From an uncultured Acidobacteriota bacterium (lineage in GTDB: Bacteria; Acidobacteriota; UBA6911; RPQK01; JAPXNP01), in NCBI GenBank assembly GCA_963777605.1, contig CAVZRV010000007.1:640001-704000 (forward strand): DNA of 64,000 nt, written 5' to 3'. Shown piece after piece: positions 38,717 through 49,315 of the stretch (the first letter of the stretch is position 1; every line of letters begins with the position of its first letter). A program made the translations under genes and the position numbers. The notes under the pieces are model-generated. The model saw only the letters and a list, made by a program, of their open reading frames with translations, had not been told where the DNA came from and searched no databases.

Positions 38717-40357
38717 TCAGCTGGTAGCCGTGACGACGGTGAATTCGCCCTTCTTTTGTAGCGTTTCGTTGGTCAGTTCGTCCTGGACCTCGATCTCAAC
38801 CTGGTATTGCCCGGGTTCAAGACCCGTAAGGCTCAGGTGCTTCATTACGACCACGCGGCGCCCCGAAAAGAACTGGATCGACTCACCATGTTCATCCACC
38901 GCCGAGGCCAGCAGCTTTCCTCCCTGGAATAGCTTGTAGGTCACCCTCAACGAGGGCTCGAAAGTGGCCTGATCCAGGCCCGCGTTGTAGACCTGGTAAT
39001 AAATTCCCAGTGGCATCTCGCTGGTGAAACGGTTGTCCGGCCGGGGAAGGACGCGAACGTCGCCCACGACGAACATCGGGTTGTCATCCGGAACGTCCGG
39101 CAGCGCTTCCACCTGATCCGACAACAGGAGTGAACTTCCCTGCAGATGCTGATCGTCAAACTTCGGGGGAACGAGTGCTTGCCGGATCACACCGGTCTTG
39201 CCGCTTCCCAGGTCCTTGAGAACGACCTCCACCTTGTACCGGTTGTGCAAGTCGAGCGGCAGGACCTTCTGGTAAACCGACGATTTCAGCATTCCCGTAG
39301 CCATTTCCTCGGGCTTGTAACGCACTACGAAATCGTCTTCGAACTCGGTGATGACCCGGTTCGTCATGGTCGAGACAATGGCATATACGCCCAGCCGGGC
39401 AACCTGCTGACCCTCCTCATCCTTGAACGTCAGTTCCCGGTTGGAAACTTCAAACGTGATCGGGACAAGCGCCTGGCCTTCATTGAGACGGAAGTAGTCC
39501 TCTTTGACCTTGAACGGGAGGTTCTCGTACCGGATATTGACCTCAACGAGTTCCTTGAGGTCCTTGTACTTGTTGACAGGGGCCAGGCCAATTCTCGCGA
39601 CCCTCTCGTAGCGGGCAAACGGCGTGTCGCTGCTGCGCCGGTACCAGTTCGCAGGGCCGTATCCTGCACCGCCGGCACCGGGACTGATTGCCTGGCGATC
39701 CGCGCGTTCGGCCTGCCCCAACTGCTCGGCAAGAGTGGGGCCTACTCCGAGCCAGGTCCCGGCGTCTTTCTCCCAGTCGAATACCGCAAGCTTGAACTCC
39801 CCGGTTCCCGTCGGGTCAACGAACTCAATTTCAATGTCTTCACCCATCCCGTCGATATGCCGGTAACGCCAGGTCTCGTAGGGATAGACAACGGTATTCC
39901 CACCGCCTTCCTCCATCTTTCTGATGTAACTTCCACCCATGGGGCGGGACTCGATCGAGTCGGGCTGGCCGTGAATGATGTAGGTTCGGCCTCGATCCGT
40001 CATCCAGCCGGGATCGCCGCTGGTGTAATGCTCGTTCGCGTAAGCAATCCGCCGATAGTGCTCTTCCTTGAACTCGTTGTTGGAGGTACGCGGATCCGGG
40101 TCGCGGCGAAACCAGAACTGCTCGATGAACTGTTCCTTTTCTTCGGGCGTGTTCAGACTCTTGAAGACCGTCCTCTCCTCGTCGGAGATGATGTACACCA
40201 CGTCCTGGTTCAACCAGCGGTCGTAATAGTCCTCCACTTCCTCCTGCTTCAGGGATTCAGCTTTCTTGTCCTGCGCGAGGGCAACCGGAACCATGAAGGC
40301 CAGGAAGAGTGCCCAGACAAGCACACGTTTCACAGGGAAAGGATGTTCTGAAGGCAT
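38717..40357 (-). CDS. GWxTD domain-containing exported protein
   Basis: WLNQDVVYII, FIEQFWFRRDPDP...NEFKEEHYRRIAYAN, GWMTDRGRTYIIHG, ETWRY; signal-like N-terminus. Confidence 0.92.
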   Translation of the reverse strand: MPSEHPFPVKRVLVWALFLAFMVPVALAQDKKAESLKQEEVEDYYDRWLNQDVVYIISDEERTVFKSLNTPEEKEQFIEQFWFRRDPDPRTSNNEFKEEHYRRIAYANEHYTSGDPGWMTDRGRTYIIHGQPDSIESRPMGGSYIRKMEEGGGNTVVYPYETWRYRHIDGMGEDIEIEFVDPTGTGEFKLAVFDWEKDAGTWLGVGPTLAEQLGQAERADRQAISPGAGGAGYGPANWYRRSSDTPFARYERVARIGLAPVNKYKDLKELVEVNIRYENLPFKVKEDYFRLNEGQALVPITFEVSNRELTFKDEEGQQVARLGVYAIVSTMTNRVITEFEDDFVVRYKPEEMATGMLKSSVYQKVLPLDLHNRYKVEVVLKDLGSGKTGVIRQALVPPKFDDQHLQGSSLLLSDQVEALPDVPDDNPMFVVGDVRVLPRPDNRFTSEMPLGIYYQVYNAGLDQATFEPSLRVTYKLFQGGKLLASAVDEHGESIQFFSGRRVVVMKHLSLTGLEPGQYQVEIEVQDELTNETLQKKGEFTVVTATS

Positions 40358-40470
40358 GTCTTTACTCTCTACCACCAAATTAAAACAGACGGACCAATGG
40401 CCTCAAAGTTTCATCCTAGCATCGAATCTGATTCGATGTGGAAAAGCGCGACAGGCGATAGAATGGGGGT

Positions 40471-41886
40471 ATGATCGGGAACATATTGACGGGCGCTGCA
40501 CTTGTTCTGGCTCTGGCCGCCCACCAGTCACCTCCACCTCAACTGCCGGCTGATCTGATCGAGACCCTGAGTCCATCAACGCAATCCGAGGTTCAGGACA
40601 TCGTTCGGCAACTGGCTGATGAACCCGATAATCCCGGACTTCTCGGGAGAATCGGCATGCTCCTCCAGGCCAACCAAAAGCCGGAACTGGCCATCGAGTA
40701 TTACGACCGGGCGTTGCAGATCGAGCCTGACCAGTTTCCCTGGGTTTACTATCGGGCCATCTGCAATGAGTCCCTTCGCAACCTGGAAGCAGCCGAAGAC
40801 GGTTTCCGGCAAGCCGCTACCATCGATCCGGGCTACGTCCCCGCCCAGATCCACCTGGGGCAGATCCTGGCCGACGCGGGCCGCTGGGAGGAGGCGACGC
40901 AGGTTTACCGCAAGATCGTCGAGCAGGTTCCCGACCTGGCAATCGCGCACTTCGGACTGGCGCGCAGCCTGGAAGGACTCGACCGCACTGAGGAGGCCGA
41001 GGAGAACTACCGGCAGGCCTGCCGGCTGCATCCTTCCTACGGAGCCGCCCACTATGGTCTCGCCCAACTTCTCAAGAAGAAGGGAGACCAGGACGGGGCT
41101 CGGGAGCAGCTCGAACTCTACCAGAAGAACCGCCTTACCCAACCGGTGGTTGGAGACGGGCTTCTCCAGGCAATCGACGAGCTCAAGAGCGGAAATCCCA
41201 AGGCTTTGCAACTGGTTAGCGAGGCCTCGTCGGAGGCTGACCAGGGACACACGCAAAAGGCGATCGACCTCAACCTCCAGGCCATCGAGATTTCTCCCGG
41301 GCTGGCCCAGGCCTACGTGAATCTTCTGGTTCTCTACGGGCAGGAGAAGCGCTACCAGGACGCTGACGAAATCTACAAAAGAGGTATCGAGGCGGCCCCT
41401 AATTTCGGGAAGCTTTACTACAACTACGGGGTCCTCCTGCTCCAGAGCAACCGCCCGGTCGAGGCCTATGATGTCCTCCTCAAAGCCCTCCAGATCAACC
41501 CACTGGATGCGTCCGCCCGGATCAACCTCGGTCGTATCGAGGAACTCAAGGGCGATCTGGCGGAGGCAGAACGGCAGTACCGGGAGGCCATTGAGTCCAA
41601 CCCCGATCTCCGGCTGGCCCACTTCAACCTGGCCCGGATCCTGATTGCGCGCAATCAGCCGGGTGAGGGAGCTGCCGAGCTCGAGAAGATTCGGAGTCCC
41701 GAGGACGACCAGACGCCTCTTTACCTTTACGCCCTGGCAACCGCACGCGTCCGCGAGGGGCGATTGGATGAGGCCCTCAAAGTCGCCGAAGAAGCCCGTG
41801 CGCTGGCGGAGAAGTACGGCCGCAATGACCTGCTTCCGGCCATCGATCGGGACCTTGCGACGCTCCGGGCGAATCTCGAGAAGTGA
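40471..41886 (+). CDS. Exported TPR protein
   Basis: 471 aa; signal-like N-terminus; about 10 TPR units. Confidence 0.9.
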   Translation: MIGNILTGAALVLALAAHQSPPPQLPADLIETLSPSTQSEVQDIVRQLADEPDNPGLLGRIGMLLQANQKPELAIEYYDRALQIEPDQFPWVYYRAICNESLRNLEAAEDGFRQAATIDPGYVPAQIHLGQILADAGRWEEATQVYRKIVEQVPDLAIAHFGLARSLEGLDRTEEAEENYRQACRLHPSYGAAHYGLAQLLKKKGDQDGAREQLELYQKNRLTQPVVGDGLLQAIDELKSGNPKALQLVSEASSEADQGHTQKAIDLNLQAIEISPGLAQAYVNLLVLYGQEKRYQDADEIYKRGIEAAPNFGKLYYNYGVLLLQSNRPVEAYDVLLKALQINPLDASARINLGRIEELKGDLAEAERQYREAIESNPDLRLAHFNLARILIARNQPGEGAAELEKIRSPEDDQTPLYLYALATARVREGRLDEALKVAEEARALAEKYGRNDLLPAIDRDLATLRANLEK

Positions 41887-41887
41887 G

Positions 41888-41986
<99 letters not shown>

Positions 41987-42071
41987 GTAGGAATTGTACG
42001 GGTCTCGGGTTTTGGGTAGTGTCCCGGTTCCTCGTTCAGAGTTCAACGGTTCGGATCAGCCGGCACGCCAA

Positions 42072-42156
42072 TTTGGGGTGCCGGAAGCGATAGCTTCCGC
42101 TTTTGCCCACCCGGGAACGACCCCGGCCGGGGCAGGAAGCGAAAGCTTCCGTTGCC
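42072..42156. repeat. REP-like two-hairpin element, direct copy of the 26791-26876 unit
   Basis: TTTGGGGTGCCGGAAGCGATAGCTTCCGCTTTTGC...CAGGAAGCGAAAGCTTCCGTTGCC; ends conserved, middle divergent. Confidence 0.8.
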
Positions 42157-42315
42157 TCTCCCTTGGCATGCAGTTGGACCGTCCTCTTACAGCACGCCTG
42201 ATACGATGCAACTGATTGAATCCTGGCCGCTTCCGTGACGGGGTCTTCGTCGAGCACCACACCGGATGCTCTCGATTCCGTTCGACCTGCCCGGCTTCAA
42301 AGCGAAACCAGGATT

Positions 42316-43965
42316 CTACTCCACCGGCTCTTTGACCTGAACGACCCTATTTACATCAACGTCGGTCAGGACCTGGACAATGCCGCTCGGCCAGTGGAGT
42401 TCGACGCGGTCGAGCTTGGTTCGTTTGCCGAGTCCGAAGTGGACTCCGGAGTAGCTGGACGAAGCGTACCCAACCGAAGTCGTCATTGAGTTCGACTGGT
42501 CCGCCAGCAGGATTCTTGTCCCGATCCCGTCCCGGTTGCTTTTGGTGCCTTCGAGCTTGAAGATCACCCAGTTGTTGTCTTCCGGGCTGACGTTCTCCCA
42601 CAACTCGGTCTCATCCTGGATTGCGGTCACCACGATGTCGATCTTGCCGTCGTTGTTGAAGTCTCCGCAGGCACTTCCCCGGTGAGCCCTGGGGACCTGG
42701 AAGTCGGGACCGACCTGTTCTGATACGTCGGTAAAGGTCCCGTTCTTCATGTTGGCCAGGATCGTATTGGCCTGCCTGTAATCAGTCGATTCCCAAAGTT
42801 CGATCCGATTGTTGGCATGAGCGTTGGCGCTGAAGAAGTCCTTCCAGCCGTCGTTGTTGAAATCGAACATACCCAGGCTCCACGCACTGCGCTTGATCGT
42901 GGCCTGGGCCACTCCGGTCGGGTATGTTCGATCCTCGAACAAGCCTCCTCCCTCGTTGTGGAAGAGAGGAAAAGTCTCCCAGTCAAGCGCTGTCACCCAG
43001 AGATCGGGAAGCTTGTCGTTGTCATAGTCCCGGAATGCCGCTCCCATGCTCGAGACCGGTCGCCCATGCTCCCTCAGAGCCACCCCGCTCAGAAGCGCAA
43101 CTTCATCGAAGGTACCGTCGCCGTTGTTCTGGAAAAGGAAATTGGGCAGTTTGTCGTTGGTGACGAAAGCGTCGATGTGACCGTCTTCGTTGAAGTCCCC
43201 GAAAGCGACGCTCATTCCGCGACTCACAAATTGTCCGATACCCGATTTCTCGGTCACATTCTCAAAGGTCCCATCTCCCCGGTTGTGGTAGAGGGTGTTA
43301 GGCAGTCCTTCGAAATACTTGGGATGACAATAAACGCGGATTTTCCCCGTGGGATCTCCGCAGAAGCGCTTCCAGTTCAGGGTCCACTCCACGTAATTGA
43401 CCACGAAGAGATCGAGCAGCCCGTCGGCGTCGTAGTCGAACCAACCGGCCGCGACCGACCAGAGGTCGCTGGTGATTCCCGCCTCTGTCGTCACCTCTTT
43501 GAAGGTTCCGTCTCCAAGGTTGTGGAAGAGAATGTTGCGATAGACACCGGCAACGAAAATGTCTATGTTCCCATCGTTGTCGTAATCCGCTACCGCTACC
43601 CCCATCGAGTATCCGTCACCGATCACCCCGGCCTGCTCGGTAACATCCGTGAATTTCATGTTCCCGTCGTTGCGATAGAGACGGTTGTAAAACCGGGGAT
43701 CTTCCTTCTTCATCGAAGGCGTAACCGCACCGTTGGTGAAGTAAATATCCAGGAGCCCGTCGTTGTTGAAGTCGAGGGTTGCGACCCCGCCAGGCATGGT
43801 TTCGATCATGTGCCGTTCTTCGGACATCGCGTTGTCCAGAAGGAACTTGATACCGGCACTCGAGGCCACGTTTCGGAACTGTATCGGGTCAACGGGAACC
43901 TTGTCGTTGGCAGACAAAGCAACCCCGCCAGTCAGCAAAAATACCAGCAACAAACGAGATTTCAT
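42316..43965 (-). CDS. CRTAC1 family / ASPIC-UnbV protein, exported
   Basis: Signal peptide; HMIETMPGGVA, FG-GAP repeats, YCHP, SNRDGIG, VHFGLG...WPSG. Confidence 0.92.
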   Translation of the reverse strand: MKSRLLLVFLLTGGVALSANDKVPVDPIQFRNVASSAGIKFLLDNAMSEERHMIETMPGGVATLDFNNDGLLDIYFTNGAVTPSMKKEDPRFYNRLYRNDGNMKFTDVTEQAGVIGDGYSMGVAVADYDNDGNIDIFVAGVYRNILFHNLGDGTFKEVTTEAGITSDLWSVAAGWFDYDADGLLDLFVVNYVEWTLNWKRFCGDPTGKIRVYCHPKYFEGLPNTLYHNRGDGTFENVTEKSGIGQFVSRGMSVAFGDFNEDGHIDAFVTNDKLPNFLFQNNGDGTFDEVALLSGVALREHGRPVSSMGAAFRDYDNDKLPDLWVTALDWETFPLFHNEGGGLFEDRTYPTGVAQATIKRSAWSLGMFDFNNDGWKDFFSANAHANNRIELWESTDYRQANTILANMKNGTFTDVSEQVGPDFQVPRAHRGSACGDFNNDGKIDIVVTAIQDETELWENVSPEDNNWVIFKLEGTKSNRDGIGTRILLADQSNSMTTSVGYASSSYSGVHFGLGKRTKLDRVELHWPSGIVQVLTDVDVNRVVQVKEPVE

Positions 43966-44183
43966 CGGGAAAAAACTCCAGCACGTTCAGCCTCAAAGCA
44001 GTATAGCACCCGTGCTGGAGGTTCCGGGGTTCCGGGTCGGGAGGGTTACGGGTTCCGGGTTCAAAGTTCCACGTTCAGAGTCTCCGGCCTCCTGTCTTCT
44101 CCTTCCTTCTTGTCAACCGCTGCGTTTTCGCGGCGGCATCTCAGTCCCGCTTCCTGCTCGAAACCCGGACCCAAACGCCCCAC

Positions 44184-44735
44184 TCAACTCCCCTCAGCTG
44201 GTTTGGTCGCGGTTTCGGGAGGATGGTTTCGGCGGACCTCCTCCGTGCCATTCTTCAGGAACAGGCTCACGGTCTCGGCATGCTGTTGGATCAGCTTGAC
44301 CACTTCCGGATTGGCTGAAGTCTCAGTGACCCGGAGTCCCTTCTCGCTAGGCTCAATCTTGAGTTGGATCTCCTTGGCATGGTCAAAGATGGCGGCGAAC
44401 AGGGGATCCCGGCGATGAACGCCTCTGCCGTCCAGAAGGCGCTCGTGCATCGACTCGACATGCTCTCTCAACTTGCCCACCAGCGCCGGGTCGTTCGACT
44501 CGGTGACCGATTCAATCCCGTTGTCGAGCCTGCGGACTTCCCGCGTGATCTGATCCCGGTGGTCGAGCAGAAAGTGAAACAGCTCGCGATCCGTCTCGAT
44601 TCCCTCCTGCCCGTGCCTTCCCCCACCCCCCTGAGAGCCGTGGCGGTTTCGATGTCGCTGGCCCTGCCCGTAGAGACCGGTTCCGACCAGAAGTATCAGC
44701 GCAAGCGAAATCCAGAATACTCTTCGGTATCTCAT
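44184..44735 (-). CDS. Exported conserved hypothetical protein with Gly/His/Arg-rich linker
   Basis: GAGGA RBS; signal peptide; GQGQRHRNRHGSQGGGGRHG; two internally similar segments (GIESVTESNDP...REH and GLRVTETSANP...QQH). Confidence 0.75.
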   Translation of the reverse strand: MRYRRVFWISLALILLVGTGLYGQGQRHRNRHGSQGGGGRHGQEGIETDRELFHFLLDHRDQITREVRRLDNGIESVTESNDPALVGKLREHVESMHERLLDGRGVHRRDPLFAAIFDHAKEIQLKIEPSEKGLRVTETSANPEVVKLIQQHAETVSLFLKNGTEEVRRNHPPETATKPAEGS

Positions 44736-44745
44736 GTCTGTTTCC

Positions 44746-45756
44746 TCAACTCTCCGCTTCGTCGTCAATCCGCGAAAGGAGTCGCCGTCTGAGTTCCGGT
44801 AGCCTCCTCAATGCGGCCTGGGCACGCAGTTCCTCACGGTGATCGCGGGCCGGCGTCCCCGAGATCACCGAGTTTGAGGGAACGTCCTTGAACACTGCCG
44901 CCCGGGCCAGGATCTTCACGTTGTCCCCGACCCGGATGTGGTCGGCTATGCCGACCTGGCCCGCCAGAATGCAGTTGCGGCCGATCTCGACCGAGCCGGA
45001 GATGCCACAGCACCCGACAATCACCGTATTCGCACCGATCCGGCAGTTGTGGGCTATGTGGACCAGGTTGTCGATCTTGACGTGGTCCTCCACGACTGTC
45101 GCCCCGAAGGTGGCTCGATCGATCGCGCAGTTAGCGCCAATTTCCACGTCATTCCCGATTTCCACCCCGCCGGTCTGGGGAATCTTCAACTGGCGATCGT
45201 GATCGAACACATAGCCAAACCCGTCGGATCCCAATACCGTTCCCGAGTGAATGATGACCCGTAATCCCAGCTTCACTTCCGGGTAGAGAACCACGTTCGG
45301 ATGGAGGGTGCACCCATTCCCAATGACACAACCCTCTCCAATCGACACGCCGGAATGCAGGGTCACTTCACTTCCGATCGACACGCCGTCTGCAACTCTC
45401 ACAAACGGCTCGATAGATACGGCTTCGGCGATCTCACAGTCGCGGCCGATCGAGGCCAGTTCCGAGATGCCTGTTGCCTTGAAGGGTTCCGTTGTGAACA
45501 GGGCCAGGATCCTCGCAAATGCAACCTTGGGGTGGGGAGCGACCAATAGCGATTTTGACGACCCATAGTCTCCGGGGGGCACAATGATCGCCGAGGCGGC
45601 ACTGCTCTCGATTTGTTCGAGGAGGTGCGCGCTCGCCGCGAAGGTAATGGCCCCCTCGCTGGCAGACTCAAAGGGCGCCACTCCGTCGATCCGGACATCA
45701 CCGTCCCCCACAACCTCTCCGCCGACATGGGCGGCCAGTTCCTTCAATCTGTACAC
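44746..45756 (-). CDS. lpxD: UDP-3-O-acyl-glucosamine N-acyltransferase
   Basis: Hexapeptide repeats; GSDGFGY, KIPQTGGV, DVEIGAN..IDRA, KIDNLVHIAHN, GQVGIADH, GTPA. Confidence 0.95.
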   Translation of the reverse strand: MYRLKELAAHVGGEVVGDGDVRIDGVAPFESASEGAITFAASAHLLEQIESSAASAIIVPPGDYGSSKSLLVAPHPKVAFARILALFTTEPFKATGISELASIGRDCEIAEAVSIEPFVRVADGVSIGSEVTLHSGVSIGEGCVIGNGCTLHPNVVLYPEVKLGLRVIIHSGTVLGSDGFGYVFDHDRQLKIPQTGGVEIGNDVEIGANCAIDRATFGATVVEDHVKIDNLVHIAHNCRIGANTVIVGCCGISGSVEIGRNCILAGQVGIADHIRVGDNVKILARAAVFKDVPSNSVISGTPARDHREELRAQAALRRLPELRRRLLSRIDDEAES

Positions 45757-45860
45757 GAAGAGGATTTAACAACGCCGCTCTCAGGCGGTCAAGGCGCGTG
45801 CCCGGCACCGCGGGAAAAGGCCGGGAGACGACCCTTGTCGCGGGGAGGTTCATCCCCGCT

Positions 45861-47177
45861 TTAGCGATAGAAGGGCTGCACCCTGGATTTGGAGACACGG
45901 AACTTGCCGTTTGGATCGGTGGGCAGTTGTTCGTGCAGTTCCACGCGTCCCAGAAGTTGCCCCTCGGAAAACTCCGCCAGCAGTCGCTCTGCCGCAGACC
46001 GTTCCTCCGACGTCGGCGCGCGCAGCGGTACGATTCCCAGGACGAGGTCCTCGGTGTTGGGCTGGACCAATTGGAACTGGCGAATCCAGATACCCTGGGC
46101 GGCCAGTCTCGAAAACAGCCAATCCGGGTTTCTCAAGGTGCCGTCTTTCAGCACTATCCAATCCTGGAGCCTCCCTACGACTCGCCGAAGTGTCGAATAG
46201 GGGGCCCCGCAAGGACACGGGGTCGGGCCCAGTTCAACGCGGTCATCGAGGCGGTATCTGATGAAAGGCTGCGCGAACGACAGCAAGCCGGTCACCAGAA
46301 CATCGCCGATTTCGCCGGGCTGCACCGGCCGATTGCCGTCCACCACTTCAACGACCACTGAGTCGTCAGCCACGTGAAGCCACTCCGAAACCGGGCACTG
46401 CGACGCGATCAGATTGAATTCATGACTCGCGTAGATCTCCTTGACGGGGGCACCAAACCCTTCTTCGATTTGAGCTTTCATCAATTCCGTCATGGTCGAG
46501 CCGCCGGCCACGAGAAAGCGGAGGGGAAGTTGTCCAGCGAATCGCTTCCCGGCCGACAGTGCCAGCGTGGCAAGCACCGCCGGATACCCCGTAATGACAT
46601 GGGGCCTCAATGCCTCGAGTTCCTCGAGTACCCGGTCCACGGGTGCCAGTGAATCGATCTGGGCCAGTTTGAGTAGCCCGGCGCGTTTGAGAAGGCCGAC
46701 AAAGGCTGGGGGCCGGGTGTCGGCATTTTGGATTTTGATTCGCGCAAGGGCTTCCCAGGGACGCCAGCCCCAGCCAAAGAGTGGTCTCATCCGGCGGATG
46801 GCGAGCACTCGGTCCTCGGTCCAGGTCGTCAGAACGGAGAATGGCTCTCCCGAGGATCCCGAGGTTCGCCGACAGATCAAACACTCGACATTCACGCCTT
46901 CGGCAACGATTTCCGACCGCAGGAGTTCCAGCAATTGACGCTTCGAGGTTGGCGGGAGCCGGCGCAGGTCTTCCACGCTCTGAATCTGGGCACTAGTGAT
47001 GCCCGCTTCCGCGAACAGCCGCCGATAATAAGGAACCCGCCGGGCGGATGATTCCACAACTCGTCGGAGCCTCTTGGCCTGTTCCCGAACGAGCCCCTCT
47101 CGCTCTTCAGGGATACCTCCCAAAAGGACAGGAAACTGGTTTGCCGCGGCCCTTACCTTCATCTGTGCACTCGCCAT
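45861..47177 (-). CDS. Phenylacetate-CoA ligase / CapK-like adenylate-forming enzyme
   Basis: VPYYRRLF, LPPTSK, TSGSSGEP, GYP, YASHEF, PFIRYRLDD, GR, GKFR. Confidence 0.85.
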   Translation of the reverse strand: MASAQMKVRAAANQFPVLLGGIPEEREGLVREQAKRLRRVVESSARRVPYYRRLFAEAGITSAQIQSVEDLRRLPPTSKRQLLELLRSEIVAEGVNVECLICRRTSGSSGEPFSVLTTWTEDRVLAIRRMRPLFGWGWRPWEALARIKIQNADTRPPAFVGLLKRAGLLKLAQIDSLAPVDRVLEELEALRPHVITGYPAVLATLALSAGKRFAGQLPLRFLVAGGSTMTELMKAQIEEGFGAPVKEIYASHEFNLIASQCPVSEWLHVADDSVVVEVVDGNRPVQPGEIGDVLVTGLLSFAQPFIRYRLDDRVELGPTPCPCGAPYSTLRRVVGRLQDWIVLKDGTLRNPDWLFSRLAAQGIWIRQFQLVQPNTEDLVLGIVPLRAPTSEERSAAERLLAEFSEGQLLGRVELHEQLPTDPNGKFRVSKSRVQPFYR

Positions 47178-47333
47178 CCCACGAAGCTACCAGTTTACAG
47201 AGACTCATTTTCTGAATCTCCCCTTGGACGATTTCACGCTGAACACAGAACCCTGCACGGCAGGAAGCGCCCCGCACACTCGGGCATTTCTTCTTTAGGA
47301 CATCTGCGCCACAATAGACACCAGGAGAAGCAG

Positions 47334-48590
47334 ATGGAACATCGCGCCACAAGCGAGCGCATCTACCGGATCATTCTTTCGATTTTTTTGGTGGCGACCC
47401 TGGCGGCATGGAGTTCATCGTGCCGGACCGTTCACGCTCCGGCGACGCCGGCCGAAAGCACATTCGGATACGACCTGTCCTTTCTGAAGGATCACGTCGA
47501 GGCGATCGTACTTCGGGATGGCCCTTCACAACTGGCTGTCGTGCCAGCCTGGCAAGGGAGGGTGGTCACGAGCACCAACGGAGGAGAAAGCGGGACGAGC
47601 TTTGGATGGGTCAACTACGACCTGATCCGGTCCGGAGAGCTGAAGCCGCACATCAATGCGTTCGGGGGCGAAGATCGCATCTGGCTGGGCCCCGAAGGGG
47701 GACAATTCTCCATCTTCTTCAAGGCAGGTGACCCGTTCGACCTCGAGCACTGGCAGACTCCCGCCTTCCTGGACTCGGAACCGTTTGAGACTGTCAGCAC
47801 GTCCGACCGCGAAGTCGCGTTCACCCGACACGTTGAAATCTCGAATTATTCCGGAGCAGTGTTTGCCCTGCAGATCAACCGCAAGATCCGCCTGCTCCCG
47901 GCTTCCCAGGTCTCAACTGATCTGAAACTGGACCTGGACGGCCTCGACGTGGTGGCCTTCGAATCTGAAAATCACCTCATCAACGAAGGAGATCGCCCCT
48001 GGGAAAAAGAGACCGGAGTGCTTTCGATCTGGATTCTGGGCATGTACGTTCCCTCTCCCCGCACCACCGTGATCATTCCCTACCGCTCCGATCCGAACGG
48101 CACGGCAGATGAGAAGATTGTCAATGACAGCTATTTCGGGACCGTTCCCCCGGATCGTCTGAAGATTACCGACCGGACCATTTTCTTCAAGGCGGATGGA
48201 GAATACCGAAGCAAGATCGGGCTCTCGCCCAAACATGCCACTTCGCTGCTCGGCAGCTGGGACGGTGAACGGGACGTGTTGACCCTGGTCTCGTACAATG
48301 TGGCGCCTTCTGAATCGGAGTTCGTCAACTCGATGTGGGAGATTCAGACTGAGCCTTATTCCGGCGACGTGATCAATAGCTACAACGATGGTCCGCCAGC
48401 ACCTGGAGTTGCCCCGATGGGCCCATTTTACGAACTGGAGACCTCTTCTCCGGCGGCCCCCCTTGAGCCCGGCACTTCCATCACCCACATCCACCGAACG
48501 ATTCACCTCACCGGCGACCGGAAGAGGCTCGATGCAGTATGCCGGCAGGCCCTCGGAGTGGGAATCGACGACATACCATTTCGCGAATGA
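47334..48590 (+). CDS. Conserved exported protein (DUF6786-like)
   Basis: Signal/lipoprotein-like N-terminus; PAWQGRVVTST, FGGEDRIWLGPEGGQFS, GPFYELETSSPA. Family name from recall. Confidence 0.7.
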   Translation: MEHRATSERIYRIILSIFLVATLAAWSSSCRTVHAPATPAESTFGYDLSFLKDHVEAIVLRDGPSQLAVVPAWQGRVVTSTNGGESGTSFGWVNYDLIRSGELKPHINAFGGEDRIWLGPEGGQFSIFFKAGDPFDLEHWQTPAFLDSEPFETVSTSDREVAFTRHVEISNYSGAVFALQINRKIRLLPASQVSTDLKLDLDGLDVVAFESENHLINEGDRPWEKETGVLSIWILGMYVPSPRTTVIIPYRSDPNGTADEKIVNDSYFGTVPPDRLKITDRTIFFKADGEYRSKIGLSPKHATSLLGSWDGERDVLTLVSYNVAPSESEFVNSMWEIQTEPYSGDVINSYNDGPPAPGVAPMGPFYELETSSPAAPLEPGTSITHIHRTIHLTGDRKRLDAVCRQALGVGIDDIPFRE

Positions 48591-48637
48591 TTGCCTTGTT
48601 TCCTTGAAGGCTGACCCGTACCATCAATTCGGGGAGC

Positions 48638-49315
48638 GTGGACGTGCCACATAGATTGCGGGTTGCACAGTCGGGTGGGGCTGAAACAAGGTCCGAGGCT
48701 CGGAATCCCGCAGACTTGCAGTGTCGGGAACCGGCAGACCCTTACCCTCCACTGAACGATCGGCCGGGAGGAGGCTTCCACCGGCGAGATTTCCTCCTGA
48801 TTGCCGCCGGCGGATCAATTTCAGGGCTGCTGCTCTTTTCCTGTGCGGGGCCCGGCTCCGCTTCGCCGTGGCGCTTTTTCAGTAGTGCGGAGGGCGCTCT
48901 CGTGGAAGGCCTCGCAGACCAGATCGTTCCTCCCGATCAGGATCCAGGAGGTCGCTGGGCCGGTGTTGCCCACTACATCGATCGTCAACTGGTCAGCTAC
49001 TACCGCCCGCTCCAGGAACGCTACCGTGCCGGACTGGCAGCAATCGAACGTTCCAGTAGGGAAATCACGGGCTCATTGTTCGTTGATCTTTCGAGGGACG
49101 ATCAGCAACAAATCCTGGAGGCCATCGAGCAGGATGACGTTCCTGATGGCATTTGGAAGGAAGAATCCGCCGCTTCGTTTTTCAGCCTGCTCCTCGACCA
49201 CTGCATGCAAGGGTATTACGGCACACCTCGGCACGGCGGTAACCGCGACTACGTCTCCTACCAGATGATCGGACTCGACTATCCCCAGATTCTGGGACGG
49301 GTTAAGAATGCCTGA
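48638..49315 (+). CDS. Gluconate 2-dehydrogenase subunit 3 family (Tat-signal small subunit)
   Basis: HRRDFL twin-arginine motif; ADQIVPPD.DPG, YIDRQL, FFSLL...GYYG.PRHGGNRD..SYQMIG. Start uncertain. Confidence 0.82.
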   Translation: MDVPHRLRVAQSGGAETRSEARNPADLQCREPADPYPPLNDRPGGGFHRRDFLLIAAGGSISGLLLFSCAGPGSASPWRFFSSAEGALVEGLADQIVPPDQDPGGRWAGVAHYIDRQLVSYYRPLQERYRAGLAAIERSSREITGSLFVDLSRDDQQQILEAIEQDDVPDGIWKEESAASFFSLLLDHCMQGYYGTPRHGGNRDYVSYQMIGLDYPQILGRVKNA

